64,000 nucleotides of DNA from Magallana gigas (lineage: Eukaryota), in assembly GCF_963853765.1 (NCBI RefSeq), contig NC_088855.1, positions 24,180,001-24,244,000 on the forward strand, in the 5' to 3' direction. Both the position numbers and the translations under genes were made by a program. This document shows, piece after piece, positions 1 through 15,000 of the stretch (position 1 is its first letter; every line of letters starts with the position of its first letter). The notes under the pieces were generated by a model. The model searched no databases. It had not been told where the DNA came from and worked only from the letters and a program-made list of their open reading frames with translations.

Positions 1-3000
1 TTCTCCTGGGTCCATGCTTTCAAAATATCCTCTATAGATCTGGACTCAGAGCTACATGTAGAAAGATATATCTGAATGTTACTGGTAGTTTTGCTATTTC
101 AGATTTGCTTTACTAGGAGCATGTATTAACTTTTAAAAAATCCTGACAAAGGAAAAACAAAGACTTTTTATCAAATGAAAAAAAACCCAGTTATAATGTT
201 GATGTCTGTATTAACCTGGTGAGAGTGCTGAGTGCTTGTTCTATCTGGGAGACACACTTGAGATCTGATAGGATGGGGTACAGACATCGGCAACTCTCAA
301 TGCTGGCCTCTTGTAATCTCCTGATGGCATCTTCTCTGTTAATGTATAAAGTCCAACCAAAGTAATCATTGGATCACTGATTTATCTTTATATGTACCTC
401 TTATTCTTTGCAGACAAGGAATCTTTATCAAAAAGCTTAACTACAACTTTGGATATAAATTTTTAGAATTATGTTGATAAATGCTATCACACTGATAAAT
501 TTTATTAGAGAAAAACATTTAAGTTTATATTCCCATTATTTATTCCCATTTGTTTGTTATTCACAATTTCTCAGAACTTTACACAATTTTGGAAGATAAT
601 GTTGAATTTATTGCAGTGAACTTCTTACCTTGCAATGTCTAGAGAAGATGAAACAATAGAAAACTGGGAGTCCTTTAATGAATTCAAGGATCTGTACATG
701 GCTTCACTGAATCTACATTCACTACCAGAGGGGCTACAAATACATAGATATAAGTTCATAAAAGATGAAATTATGTGCACATACATTTCAAAGTTGAATT
801 TAAAAGATAAATCTTTTTATCCAATATGTACATGTACCTCTCTTCAATGGCCAGATCCCATTTTCCTACTTTTATAGCAGACATGAAGACAAGGTTCCTA
901 ATTTCTCCTGTCTTTGACTTTGGATAATTTTCCAGGTAGTTGTCCAGTAAATGATGTGATCCAAAACTATCCAGTGCCTGTGTAAAAACAAAAACGGACC
1001 AGCTTAAGAATGATAAACAGAGTACTCCAATCACATTCGATCAGCCCTCTGATGGTGAATACAAGTAGACCCAGTAAACACCAACCTTGAGCAGGTCCAC
1101 TTCCTGTTCTGCTGCATGCTGCTGGAGTCCAATGTCATATGTAATGACAGCCTTCTCCCACTGACCCTCATGCTCATACATTCTTATTCTAAAACAAACA
1201 TTGAGATATAAACTAATATTGACTGTAATTTAAAGAGAAAAGGAAAGAGAGAAGAAGAAGAGATATATATAAAAACCTGGAGACTGGATCTGCCAGCCTT
1301 CCTGCTCCACATCCATACACTCCGTCTGGATCGCCGATCTGTCTGTAGGCCTCCAGAAGGATGTCCTGCACATTGAGGGACACTCCCTCACAGTCTGAGC
1401 TCAATGAGTCGACCTGAGAATCCTGTGTGAAGCTCTGGCTCACAGACTCATACAATCTAGAAGATCTCTTAGGAGTCTCCTCTTGTTGTCTAGCCAAGAT
1501 GAAACCAGAATTAGTTGCTAAAAATATCTGATATGTGCATATCTTTGTACATGTCTATATACCTAACTTCAAACATTTATCGATAACTGACAAATAATAT
1601 TTCTATCATCATAGACCTTGTTGGATTTGAGGATTTTAGTTGAGTGTGAATCCAACATGTATACATGTACAGTTGAACGTCGATATATCGAACACCGATA
1701 TCTTGAATACAATGGATATGTCGAAGTGATTTTTAAGTCCCAACCACCTATTTTTTTTAAGTATTTTACCCTCGATATCTCGAATTCTCAGATATCTGGA
1801 AGTTTTTCAACAGCCCCATTTAGTTAGAGATAACTAACTTTGACTGTATGTGTATCAGTTTAATATTTGAAGACTACATTTCAATACTAGAAAATAAAGG
1901 ACATTCATTAAAGGAAGCCATAATTTGGCAGTGGAAAAATAAATGGGTCAGGTTCAAGTATCAGATATCATGTTTGAGTGTTCCTCTTTATAACACATGT
2001 TATCTGATACTTGAACCTGACACATTTATTTTTCCACTGCTAAATTATGGCTTCCTTTAATGAATGTCCTTTATGTTCTAGTTTTGAAAGATAAGGTGCA
2101 AACTGACAAACATACATCTTATTTTTAGGATGACAGGATAAGTTGAGAGTAACAATGATCACTATACATGTAGTATACCAACAAATGATAGCAATACACA
2201 CCTATGACAGTTGCACCAGATCTCTGCGTACAGCACTGTAGAGAAGTGGGCAGAACAATACAGGGCCGCTTTGGCTATGTGGAGGTAATTGACATCCAAC
2301 CAGAAGTTGTTGTCCCACACTGTCAATGGCTTTCTTCTAAAAGACATTTTGTTTTGGAAACATCTTTAGTTTCATAAACACAGAAGCATAATATACAGAA
2401 TCACTGTACAATCTTCACAAAATTTGATTGACAAGTGGCATGTTCATGTAAACTTCTATACCGATGATACCCACCCTTGCTGTGCTCTGGTTTGCTGTCT
2501 GAGGTAATCTATCACTCCAAGCATTGTTCTGATGGACTCTTTATTAAGGCAGATACTCGATTCTCCTAAATATTAAAAGACTTGGCATTGGAATCTTCAA
2601 CAGCGAAATTGTTCAGTCTTCATGCATTGCATATCATCATTCTTTATACAATATCTATACAAGTATGGAACTTATTGCATAGAATGCTTATTTACCATGT
2701 TGTGACTTTGTAGGAGATAGACGACAGTGTTGTAGAAAGAACTTTGAAATCTGGCTTGAAAGGATTTCTTGATAACCCGCATTGTTCAAACTCAGAATGT
2801 CATGGATCAGTTGAGGAAGAAGAAATTCACAGAATTTGGTCTGAAATACATGGATAAGTATATACATGTACATGTAATAGCAACACATTTTGGTACTCTG
2901 GTCTGAAGTACATGGAGAAGTATATACATGTACATGTAATTGCAACACATTCTGGTACTCTGAGGACTACAGGCACACACCAGTGAATGATCTCACCTTC

Positions 3001-6000
3001 AGAAGACAAACAGGTTTCAGACAATACAACAAAGGGTTGGTTACAGCTCCGGAGGTCAACAGGGCAGAGGTCAGCTGACCGAGCCAGGCATTGTGTGACT
3101 CTGTGCTGTCCCACCATAAGCTATCCTTGTTAATGGCCCCTGCAAACTCCTCATAGCTTGTCTTGGGCATCTCTCCATTGACAGCATTACCCTAATAAAT
3201 AATCAAAGGTTACCTTTTTACAGACTCATGATTTTCGTTTCTTCAGATTCAAATACAATTTATTACATATACAATTATGGTACATGTATTGAAAATCAAT
3301 ATTATTGACCTTTTGTGACAACAAACCTTTACCTTTCTCTTAGGAAAAAATGGTTGTAAGCCCTGAAAGATGTCTGCTTTATCTAGAGTTCTCAATTCAT
3401 TTCCTAACGATGAGCTGAACATCGTCTTCAACACTAGGGATGTAGCTTGCACTGTCTTCATACTTCAAAAACAAAATCAATTCAATATTAATTCTAATCT
3501 CAGAAGTTCTTAGTGCCAAATAATCACATACATATATAAAGTTCTCTTTTCTAGCAAGCTTAATGGTCAAGCTGACACTCACTCTTGGTCAATGAGATAC
3601 TGATCCAAACGTTCAATGACCTGCAGCTGTCTGTGCTTGGCTCCCCCGGCCTGGCTGTCGTGGCTGGGCAGGGCCAGCACCATCAGGTCTACAGGGCCGA
3701 CCACCCCCAGACACCGACCGATTGCCTTCAGAGCCTGGGTGTCCTTCACCATTTGACTGTGCTTTACCAGCTTCATCACCAGACCAGACAATAATCCTCC
3801 TGGCTTGCCTACAACATATTCCATTTTCTTAAGAAGCCACTCCCACACTTCAACTAAATACATGTATCATAATCACGCTCTTCTTCATTGGGACTAGAAA
3901 TGAAAATTCATCAACTTAGATGTAGTTTTTTTGTTTACTATCGATTATTTGCTTGTATTAATTTTATGTTTGATTTATCCACAGTCTTGAGCTGTAATAT
4001 GAATAGAAGAAATCTAAAATACAATACCCTGTTCAGATTCCATTAGATCAGAAAATTCATCTGTTTTAGAGGCCAGCTCTTGTGATAAGAAATGTAGTTC
4101 TTCTTTAGAATGCTCCATTGAGAGTATTTTCTCATCCTCATTCAAATAATTGGATATGATCTAAGAATTAAGACGTGAAACCATTTGCTGTTTTATATTT
4201 TGTGAAACCCACATGAACATGTAACACATTAAAAATTATAGACAATGTGGCTCATATCAAGCATGTAGTACCTGGCACAAAGTAGTGGGACCGTTGGCGA
4301 GGCGGACTTCTTGATACACTGCAGTAAATTCCTGAAACTCCTCTCTGTCTGGAAAGGGATCTAGGAGTGCTATGGCTGATTTCAAACCCCTCTTATTGTC
4401 AATGATCAGCATTCTGAGCAGATTTTTTACCTTGTGAATGTAGAAGTTTAATAAACAGACATGTTTAACAAGAATAAGGACACAGACTTTCTGATAGACA
4501 TGTACAATCATGCACAGTAAAGGAATTTTATGATTTGAGCTTCAATAACTTTTATTTCAAGGACAGCTTACATACCTGCTCACAAAGCAAAGGAGATAAT
4601 TTTGTGAAGGGAACCAAACTGCTTATGATAAACTTCAAATACTTTTCTACCTCCTGTAATAATAATAAATGTACCGGTAAAACATGCATGCACAGTGAAT
4701 TACATGTAGCAAATATATTTTGTTCCTACATGTATATCAGGGACCTCCAGTTGATCATTAATTTTCCCATAGACCAATACCAGTTTATGTAACAAGAATG
4801 CTTTTCTGATAGCAGGAAGACAAGTACAAGTATGGCCACATTTACCTTGGAATTAATTAAAATGGCTGTCTTCAGAACATCGTGCAAGAGTTCTAATGCC
4901 ATACAGCTGATGTTGTTAGCATGCCTATCTTCATTCCTTATTCTAAAAAACAAACAAAAAGGAAATTACAATGATTACAATTTTTAAAGACATATAGACA
5001 TGCAGTAGAATTGATATACTGGTATAAATTTATATATAAGTACCCTTCCTGTTCCTTCATTTCCTGTAGGAGATAGACCAAGCGGTGAATGATTTCCCTC
5101 AGTATGAACACAAAGCCTCCCCCCAGTCCCCCCTCCAGGTCCCTCAGCATCCTCCTACAGATGAGGCGGTACATCAGTAGCACCCGCCGTTTCTCATGGA
5201 GTCGGTGATCCGTGAACAGCCTCAGGGAGAGCTGCTCTAGGATCTTCTGTAGGGAATCCTGCAAAACAAAAAATAGAACACATTTTTGGAGATACATAAA
5301 ACAGTTCAGAATTCTCTATTTAAGGAGGCCGACTTTAGTTTGCATTGCGCATGTTTTTGCGCATTTTAATATAATACAGTTGTTTTATACTTCTTATGAA
5401 TTTTTTTCAATATCATTTATAAAATTGAACACAATAAACAAAATACAGATAAAAATATTTAGATTTTTAAAGGAAATTTTTATTTTTAACATGATTTTTA
5501 CGTTGTGCGGTAGGGGAGCATTGCCATTGCGCTTTTATGACGTTGTGATAAAATGAAGCTTTGTAGGAGTACGTTATAAGAAATAACATAAAAGAAAAAG
5601 TAAAAATTGTACGCTGTTGAAATTTTATATACAGAATGATGCTATCCTCGAGGATATTTTCCTCATTTTTGGAATGAATCCATTATACCAATCACCATTT
5701 GTGATAATCCAAATATATAGCAAAATTTGGTGCATTTTAATATTTTGAGATGGCCCCCACTAAAAACCAGACGGTAGAATTTTGTGTTTTTTACATATAA
5801 GGTAGGAAATGATATTACTTATCATATTTAATAATTTGAGAAAAAAAGCTATTGTAGTATTTTTAAAAACTGTTTTGATGTGCGGAAAATGACAGTTTCC
5901 TATACATTCCTATAGTAAATGTACTTCTATTTTGAGATGGTCCCTAAAAAGAACCAGACGGTCGATTTTCATGAACCTTCGCATATAAACTAGAGTTGGT

Positions 6001-9000
6001 TTCAATTACATATGGTTAAAAAATAAAGAGTTTTGCTATTGTAGTTTTTCCGCAAAAAAACCCAAATCGGCCTCCTTAAAAAAAATGTTCATTTTTCTAA
6101 AGGCATTAATAATACCTAAGTTGATAGAACAAGTATATGTAATAAACATTTATAGAAATTAATAATAAAAAAAAGTTACGGTTATATGCATAAAAAAACA
6201 TAAGAGAAATAAAAAAGGATACTGCAGGCTAACAACAAATCTGAAATGGTTTCATACTTTGCAGTATCTTTTTTCAAAATAATGTATTTTGAGACTTTAC
6301 CGGTGTTTTGGACAGGACCTCTACCAGAGACTTGTTTCCTGAGAAACTACTGGTCAGATAATCCAGGGTTGTCTGGGTCTGGTACAAATTATAGCAGGGT
6401 GGGTTTGGCTCTGGGTCAAGGTTTCTACAATCACATTATATTAAGAAAATCTTTTATCAAACAAAAATTTTTAGGCTCACTGATTGAAAATACATGCCCT
6501 ATGAATCTTATCTTTATTATATATATCAAATTGCCATTATATTTCCAATTTGATGTATGGCTACAAGAAAAGTTATGACAACAGAAAATTCATAGGCAAA
6601 ATAAAGACAGGTAAATACAAATGTCAGCAAATCTTCCTACATTACATATTACCAGGTAGATATACATGTACATGGTACAAGCACACTGCTTTAAAGATCT
6701 GGGGTTATTAACTTTCATTATCCCCTACAGATTTAAGAATTTTTTCATTTTAATTACCTGATGATCGGTGTTTTAATAAATTCATCCTCCTCTCGGTCAT
6801 ACAGACACAACAAGATGTTGACAACAATGACATCCAAATTACTCCCAATGCACTTGTCTACCACCTAAAATTTACTTCCAAATATTACTTTTCTTATCCA
6901 AAGGTAAAAACATTGCAATAAATAATTTAATACACTAAATTTTAACAACTAGATATGCTGCATTGAAACAATACAAATTTATAGATGCAAGCTTGCTAAA
7001 TGACTAAATGTCTAATGACTTGTATAAAGAGGACAAAAATCTGAATAGGGCTATACATGTAATTGATAGTTTGTTATATGATGATTGTTTGTTATATGAT
7101 GTTAAAACAATTCAATAAACTTCATTCCCTCTTTATACATGTAGCTAACATTAAAAAAAAAAAATGAATAAGGCAGTCACCTCCTTTGTGGCTTGCTCAG
7201 CTAGCAGATCATAACAGGCGGTGGCATGAGCGGTTCTCTTCTTGACCTGATCGTTAGAGGTCTCACCACTCCTGGAAGCAGCAAACTGTGGCAGGATGAA
7301 CACCACGATCTTTGGAATACACAGCTTCAGCACCTCCAACCAGTCTCTGTCAAGGCTAGCAGCCACACTCTTAGATGTGTCAATGTGTTTAAACATGACC
7401 AGTTCTGTTATCAAAATCTCATAGTGCTCTCTGAAAGGATTTAAAAGTGTTTTTTTATTTTTTCTGATATGATATTACTTATCACTGTAATCATTGAATA
7501 AATAAATGAGTTGAAAATTACAGACATATAGGAACTAAAGTTCATTTAACAACCACATATTTAGTGTGAAGTTTACAAATGTAAAATGATATTAACCTGT
7601 AAAAACTGTGTTTAGAATCACAGAAAGCTAATTGGAAGGGGAAATCCTCCATACTGTATTGAAGACAGAGCCACTGGTGGATCAGATAAGGGAGATAAGT
7701 CTGTATGTAACTCTTCTCATTCTCAAAGCCTTGAACCTTGGCCAATTTATGTAGAATCTGAAACATCAAGTACACTGTATCGAGCCTTCATGCATGGTGG
7801 AAAACATTTCCATTTGCCTGCCTACTATTACATGTAGCAGAAAAATTCTCTCCTATTTTTATCTTTTATAAATACTTTATAATTTTCAATCTACAAATGA
7901 GAAAGGATAACCCTTTCAGTTTTAAAGTACATGGATGAAAAGAGGGATAATATAATGAAAACATTTAATTCTTGCAAGCATGAACTTTTTAGAAAAAATT
8001 GGAAATATATGTATTTGCTCAAGGCCAGAACTGGTAAGTGTAACCCGAGGTTTCTGATGGTGGCCTTCATGTTGACTACATACAAAACTGATAAATTAAC
8101 TCATATTCTAAATTTTAATTAATATCAACCATCTAAATAAAGCATATCAAATATCATGAGATTCAAAACAAATCAAGAATGTTTACCATTTTGATTTTTT
8201 CAGTTTCCACATTCCTTGCTTTGGTCAACTGACAGAAAGCAAACAAGGCCTTTTTCTCACACACTGGACTGGCACACACAATGTAAGCCAGGCATGTCAG
8301 AGCAGAGCCTACTCGATTGTTCCTCTCATCCAAAGCTCTCTCGGCTGACAAGTTGTCCTGAAGAAAATATGCACTAGTTTATCAGATATATCAATGGAAA
8401 AGTTTTCAAAAGATTTTTTTTCATTAGTAAGAAATGTGTTCAACATTTCTAACATTTGATTCTAGTTCCTAATAACTTCTGAAAGTCAAAGAGAACACAG
8501 TTTTTTCCTTAGTTTCAAACAGTTATCTCAATGATTGCATCTACAATTGTACATCGCCAAAAGGATCAAATTGCATGTTACCTTAGATCATTTACATAAA
8601 CACAACACATCAAACCTGCAAGTTGAGTAAATCCATGATCTCACTGTAGATGGTATCAAAGCACTGGTCCTGGGTGAGCCTGTCACAGGGAACATTGTTA
8701 CACATAAACAGCCTACAAAAAAACATAGAAACAAACAAAAAATAACACGTGCCTCTTAAAGTTTTTTATTATTTTCTAATTATCAACTTCTGATTTATTT
8801 TGAAAAATCATGAACTGGAATTTACATTGAAATAACATTTACAGTATCTTTGTTTTCATTTCTTATTCACAATTTATGCATATACAAAAATTGTATTTCT
8901 TCAATCATTTTCTTTTACATAATGTAAATATTAAAGGAAAATGAAAGCTCATCAAGTTAACAATATTTTCGAAATGATCCAGTAGAAACTAGTGCTGCCT

Positions 9001-12000
9001 GTTGGTAAATTGTTTGATAAGTATCACCAATATGAAAACATCAAAATGTGTAATGATTACCCTTGTACAGCCTTTGCACAATACATTCTGACAGCATGAC
9101 TGAGGTCCCCTAGGTACTTTATGAATTCATTAGCCACAGGAACCTTTTCTGTTGTACCATCATCTCCTTTCATGGACACTTTTGCCCAATTCTGTTCTGG
9201 GTCTGCCTGATACAAGATAAAAATTGACATGCTCAGTGCATACATGTACATACATGTACTTCAATGTACATACAGTGTATTCTCAATTGTTTACATGTAT
9301 CATTCTTTCTAAGAGTAAAACTAATATGGTATTGACCACATTACTTTTAGAAACTGGACCATGCATTTAGCCATTTCAAGCCTCATCTTCTCAGGACACT
9401 TGTCAAAAGGTAAATTTCTGAAATAAATACATATTTCACATGATTTGAATCATAAGAACTTTAGATACATGTAAAAATACTATATGTACCTGATTTAAAT
9501 TACGGTAATATAAACATGAGCCTCTTTGACTTTAAAGAGGAAACAATTGTTAATACATGTGCATGTATATTTGAGCGTGTTTGAAAAATAAATAATTTTC
9601 TATCAAACTCTGGCTGCTACTCACAGAAATGCTGAAAGCAGTATGAGGGCATCGTTGCGACTCTCGGAGACACACCGAGTGACCATGTCGTCCTCGGACT
9701 TTAGGAAGGGCACCAGGTGACATAGCGACTCCAGACAGAGAGCACACACCTCCTGGTCCTGTCTCTGGGCCTTGGCCACAACCCTAACAACAAATACAAC
9801 ACATTCCTCACCACTTTATATGAGACAGAAAGTAACTAAGATAACAAGCATATCTTTGAGTGGATTCATAATTCCTGTATAATTTATAAATTTCAAATCA
9901 AACTTGAGGAATTATTAACCATGTAACATTGTGAGAAGAGCATTCCTTGTAAATTTTAAAATATCACCCCAATATTTTTGCAGTTGTTTTCTCAATGAAA
10001 GAACAACAAAAGTTTGGCCTTTGTTATTTTTTATTCTCGTGAATTAATAGGAAACCATAGACTATTGAAATCAAATACTCGCGTAAAATTAGGAATCTAG
10101 AACATAGTACTACATGCAATTTACCTTAAAGCTGTTATCATGGCGCTGAGGTTTTCTTCAGATACATGCTGATATGATGAAGTTAACACCTTGATAACCA
10201 ATTTTAACTGAAATATATGTACAAATATACATTTGTAAGCATTAATCAGCAAATTATAAAACACAACACGTCTCGCAAGAGTTCAGCTTCTACTATTACT
10301 GTGGATGTGTCACCCTTCAGACTCTCAACTACAGTAGTCAGCCTTCAACTTGTTTCAGACCTTGGCTTCATATTAATAAGTACTCTAAAGAATTGATACA
10401 TTTGGAAGCTCACATCAATGCCCATTCTTTATGTCATCAAGTAGAAACAAAACTTCCATGTGTAATCAGTATAACACATAAAGATAAAAGAATATTTATG
10501 TAACATTTTGTTTTCAATGTGTCTTAATGAGAGTGAATTATAGTAGTGACTATGAATTCAGTATTTTTCAATTTCAATACACTGTATGTGCTTTAAAACC
10601 AAAAAATGTTGTGACCAAACTTACTTTTAATAAATCAAAAGACTTGTTAGATTCAATGGATTCCAGAGTTTTGACAAGTTTTGATTTGATGAATGACTGG
10701 TCCACATCCATTTCAATACCAGCTTTCCTTTTTACATCCGGACTGTCAAAACCACACCAGAAACACAAAGTCCTCACAATTTCCAAATGCAGCTTTTGTT
10801 TTTCAGTAAACTGACTTTCGTCCAAAATGGATTTCAGAGCTACATGTAAGAAAGGAAGTTTAGTGTTTACTCTATACCAACAATTTTCATAGTTGCTTAT
10901 CTGTGTAAATCTTCAGAATCTGTAATCAAATGATGAAACTTTGCAATCAAAACCCTTTCTTTTTTGGCCTGAGGCCCGAGACAAAACTGTCCACAAAGAA
11001 AAAATGTACTACACACCATGTCCATGTGTTTCTGTGGCCTCAGATCCCTGGGATTCAGCAAAGCCGTCATCCATGAAATCATCATCCTGGTCTTCAATGT
11101 TCTGTGTACTATCTTCCATGTCAAAATCATCAAAATCATCTGCCCCATGAATTATGTGGGATTTGTCAGCTGCGAACGATTGGTTGCCATTTGCTTTCTT
11201 ATTCTTGGAGAAAAGCAAGACCAGATGATAAACAATCATTAACAACAGTTTCAAACAATTATATAAAGATCTTTGATTTGGTTTAGCTACTTGTGAAGAT
11301 AAAAGCATAATATACTGTATATGTCGTCTTACACAATAAAATACCATTTTGTAATGAATGTCCATAATTACTGGCATATGCATAACACAAAGTCTATAAT
11401 ACAAAGAATTTTACAGTACTGTAGGCTATTTCTTAAGAAATTGAATACACACCTTTTCCACAACAATGTTCATAAACTCCTCTATAACACATGCTGGAAC
11501 CAAAGAGCGCAGTCTCAATGCAACTGAGTATTCTTCCTCTGAATCTAGTTCCTCATCAGGTAGAAATGTTCTTTGGAGATTGGTCAGGATTCTTAAAGAA
11601 CTGGAACAGTTTTCTTGGGCAGCAACAAGTTTCACATTTCTTCCAAACTTCCGGAGCAGCACTTTCATACACTTCACACATTCTCCTTCTGTCAATTCCC
11701 CTTCATGAAAGACTTTGTATCTCAGAGACCAAACAATAAAATTCCCAATCATACAAATGTACCAACTTAGAGATTCTAGATGGTTCAAATCACAGTCTGT
11801 CACTTCATCAAGATTAGTGGTTTTTTCTTTAAAAAGACGTAAAACACTTTTATAAAGTTCATTCAATAGACTGACATTAATTGAACACATGCTAATGGGT
11901 TTCACCTTTAAAATGTCCTTTTCAATTTCAAATTCATTTGAAGACTGTAAAAACAGCTGTTCAAGATTTGTGTAGTAACTACCACCAGCATTCTTGTCAA

Positions 12001-15000
12001 AATCACAACAACGATTTAGCACGTCACTTTGGTTTTTCAGCAGCAGCAATACCACTAGATGACTGATCTCCCAGGGCTCCGCTCTCTGCTCACTGGCCAT
12101 TCCTGCTGAAATGTTCAAGCACTGACTTCTCTCCGGAAACACCCAGTCCAGTAACTGTTTTCTTAATGGGTAATTTTTTTCCTCACCCTCCAAGCTTTGG
12201 GCAAGAAGTGATGTCAGATGGTTTCTGTAGTGTTCTGGGATTTTGTACAGTGTCAGGTAAGAGTTTAGAAACTGCACTGCACTACTACTGGGGCGTGTGA
12301 CACTGGGGAGGAAGAGGTTCCACAACTCCTGCTCAATCACCAGCTGTTGTCGTGCCATACTGGTGAGAAGATGGTATGCACTGTCTTCTGCTTGATGAAC
12401 ACTCACACACCTTGGAAATAAAGTTGACAAAAAGTTAGGACTTATGAAAAAGATTTTCAAGTATATGTTAATGAATAAATGAAATAACGTGTCTAGAAAA
12501 AGAACATTTAAGGCCATTACATAAAGAGAAAAAATTGGAAATTAAATAAACATCAAATCAAATTATTTTGTTTCTAATCATATCCCAAAATTTGTCTTGA
12601 CACACTTGCCCATTTCTTATCTTTCAAATTTGCAATTACTCTCTTGAAAAAGTTAAGGTTTAGTAATTAAGAATGTTTCAAAAAACTGCTTTTCATTAGA
12701 TCCAACACCTTCAAAATAAACCTCTATGGTAAATACACCACAAGTACCTTAATGCTGATAAACTGATTTTTTTCAGAATCTCTCCATGTTCTGACACTTC
12801 AGGAAACATTTTCAATGCATTAATGAAAGACCTGGCACAATCCATTAAATGGCGAATCACTTCCACTCTTAAAAATAATAATAGAAAATATTCAATTAAA
12901 TCTAAAATTGTGCCTCATCAATAATATCAATCATAACAGAATTTATCTACTTAACAAATTTTTCCATTTTTACTTCATAGAAAAAATAACTGTATATATG
13001 CAAAATACATATTTACATCAAATGAACAGAAAAAGAGAACTCTTCATAGAAGCATTTACAGATTAATAAAAGGTTTCTTCATTTGGCTTTAACAAATAAC
13101 TTTGATGACTCTTCCCATTTCAGTTCACTATGTTAGAAGACTCAACATCGGTATCATTTATGGTCTAAATTAAGAAGGCTTCTTTTTAATTTCAGAAAAC
13201 AAATTCAGTAGCATTTTTTGCAGAATAGAGTCAAATACCATCTTCTGTTCAATTTGAAAGAGGAAAACATATTTCTATGAGTGATAATATTCTAGCCAAT
13301 TATACCGCTTAAAATCTCCAAGCTGATTTGCAATGGTTGCCAGGTAAGGAGCAACTTGTTCTTGTGGGAAATTCTTCGGGTATTTCTCCAGGAATCGGGT
13401 GACGAGTTGAATCCAAGGAATCATCTGCAGGTGTTGGTCTCTATCAGATAGAAATTCCAGAACATAGCACCATCCGGATTCCAGCCGCCTCTTCTTGGTC
13501 CCTGGCCCCTGCTGTGTGGAGATCTGGGTCACATCTATGGAACTGACATTCTCTAGAAACAACTGATAAAGAGACACTATTCTTATTATACATGTACTTT
13601 GCATAAGCCTCTCTTGGCTGTTCTTACACAACTACTTGTATTACAGAAAAGTTTTTAAAAAAATATCTGAATTTCATGTCATGAATGAATCAAGACAACA
13701 ATTTAAATATCAATGCTTTATACCTGATTGCAGATATCAACTATGAGTTCTAGATAATTTTCTGGTAAATTTGTATCTTTTGAGCTACAAAATAAAGAAA
13801 GAAAAAATTTGATATATCCAAAATACAACTATATCTTTGTTTTTTTACAACAGCATTTGTTCATCAATCAAAATATTAATGTTCCAAAATAAATCACCTG
13901 GCTGAAAACCTGGTCCTGTTGTTCTGTTGTTGCAAGTCTGTGTAGAAGAGTTCATACAGTTTTCTTAACAAGCTCTGAAATAAGTCAACCAAATCATGCT
14001 TTTTAATCTGTTCTGCATTTCTCAAATAATATTTAAAAGGCTTCTTTGTTCAATAGATGGATACACAGTACACAACTTCATAAAATGTAAAATCAACAAT
14101 GAATTACAGCAGTTTACAGTTGATGTGTTTTTTGTTTCTGGTTATATAAAGACCTTTGTTTTAGCTTTTTTTTCATTTTGGTTTTTTTTACCGGGGATGC
14201 AAATAGATAATAAATTTACACATTCGAAAGTAAAATCATTTTTAATTGAATAATTATATACTGGTAAAGATACACGTAAGTTTAAACTAGGATTTACAAA
14301 AGTAATGTACATATCCAACAAAATGTCTGGGACAAAGCATCCTGCTACCATGAATTTATGGGACATGAATACATATACAGTAAAACACGGTTATAGTGAA
14401 CACGCTTGTAATGAATTGATGCTTACAGCGAAGTGCTTTTCATTCTCTGTGGTTTTATTACATTTTGTAAAATTGACAGATATATTAAGTTCACTTATAA
14501 AGAAGTAACATCGCCCGGTCCTGGAACTTCGTTATAAGCATATTTTACTGTACATGCTTATGACCCTCACTCCTACAGTAACAGACTGACCTGCCAATCA
14601 TCCCAATCATGGGCGAAAGATCCGATCTTGTCCCTCCTGACTCCACCTGGGTGGTGGGCTGCCATCTGTGTCCTGAGGAACACCAATATCTCCTCCTGTG
14701 ATAAACAAAGCCATCAATTTTTAAAAATTAAAAACTCTTTTTTCAAAAGAAACATTCCAAAATCTTAAAATTTCTAAAATTCATACCTTCAACGTGTTGG
14801 AAGGTCTATTTTCCCACAGATAGAGCATGTTTATACAAATACTCTCACCAAATTTGCAAACTTGTGCCCTGGAATTCTGGGCTATAGAAAGCACAAAGGT
14901 GTTAACAGCACTAATAAGCTGTTCTATCACAGCAAATCTCTTCTCATTTCTGAAATACATGTACAGGAGATAATTTTTTAAAAATCTACAAACACATACA

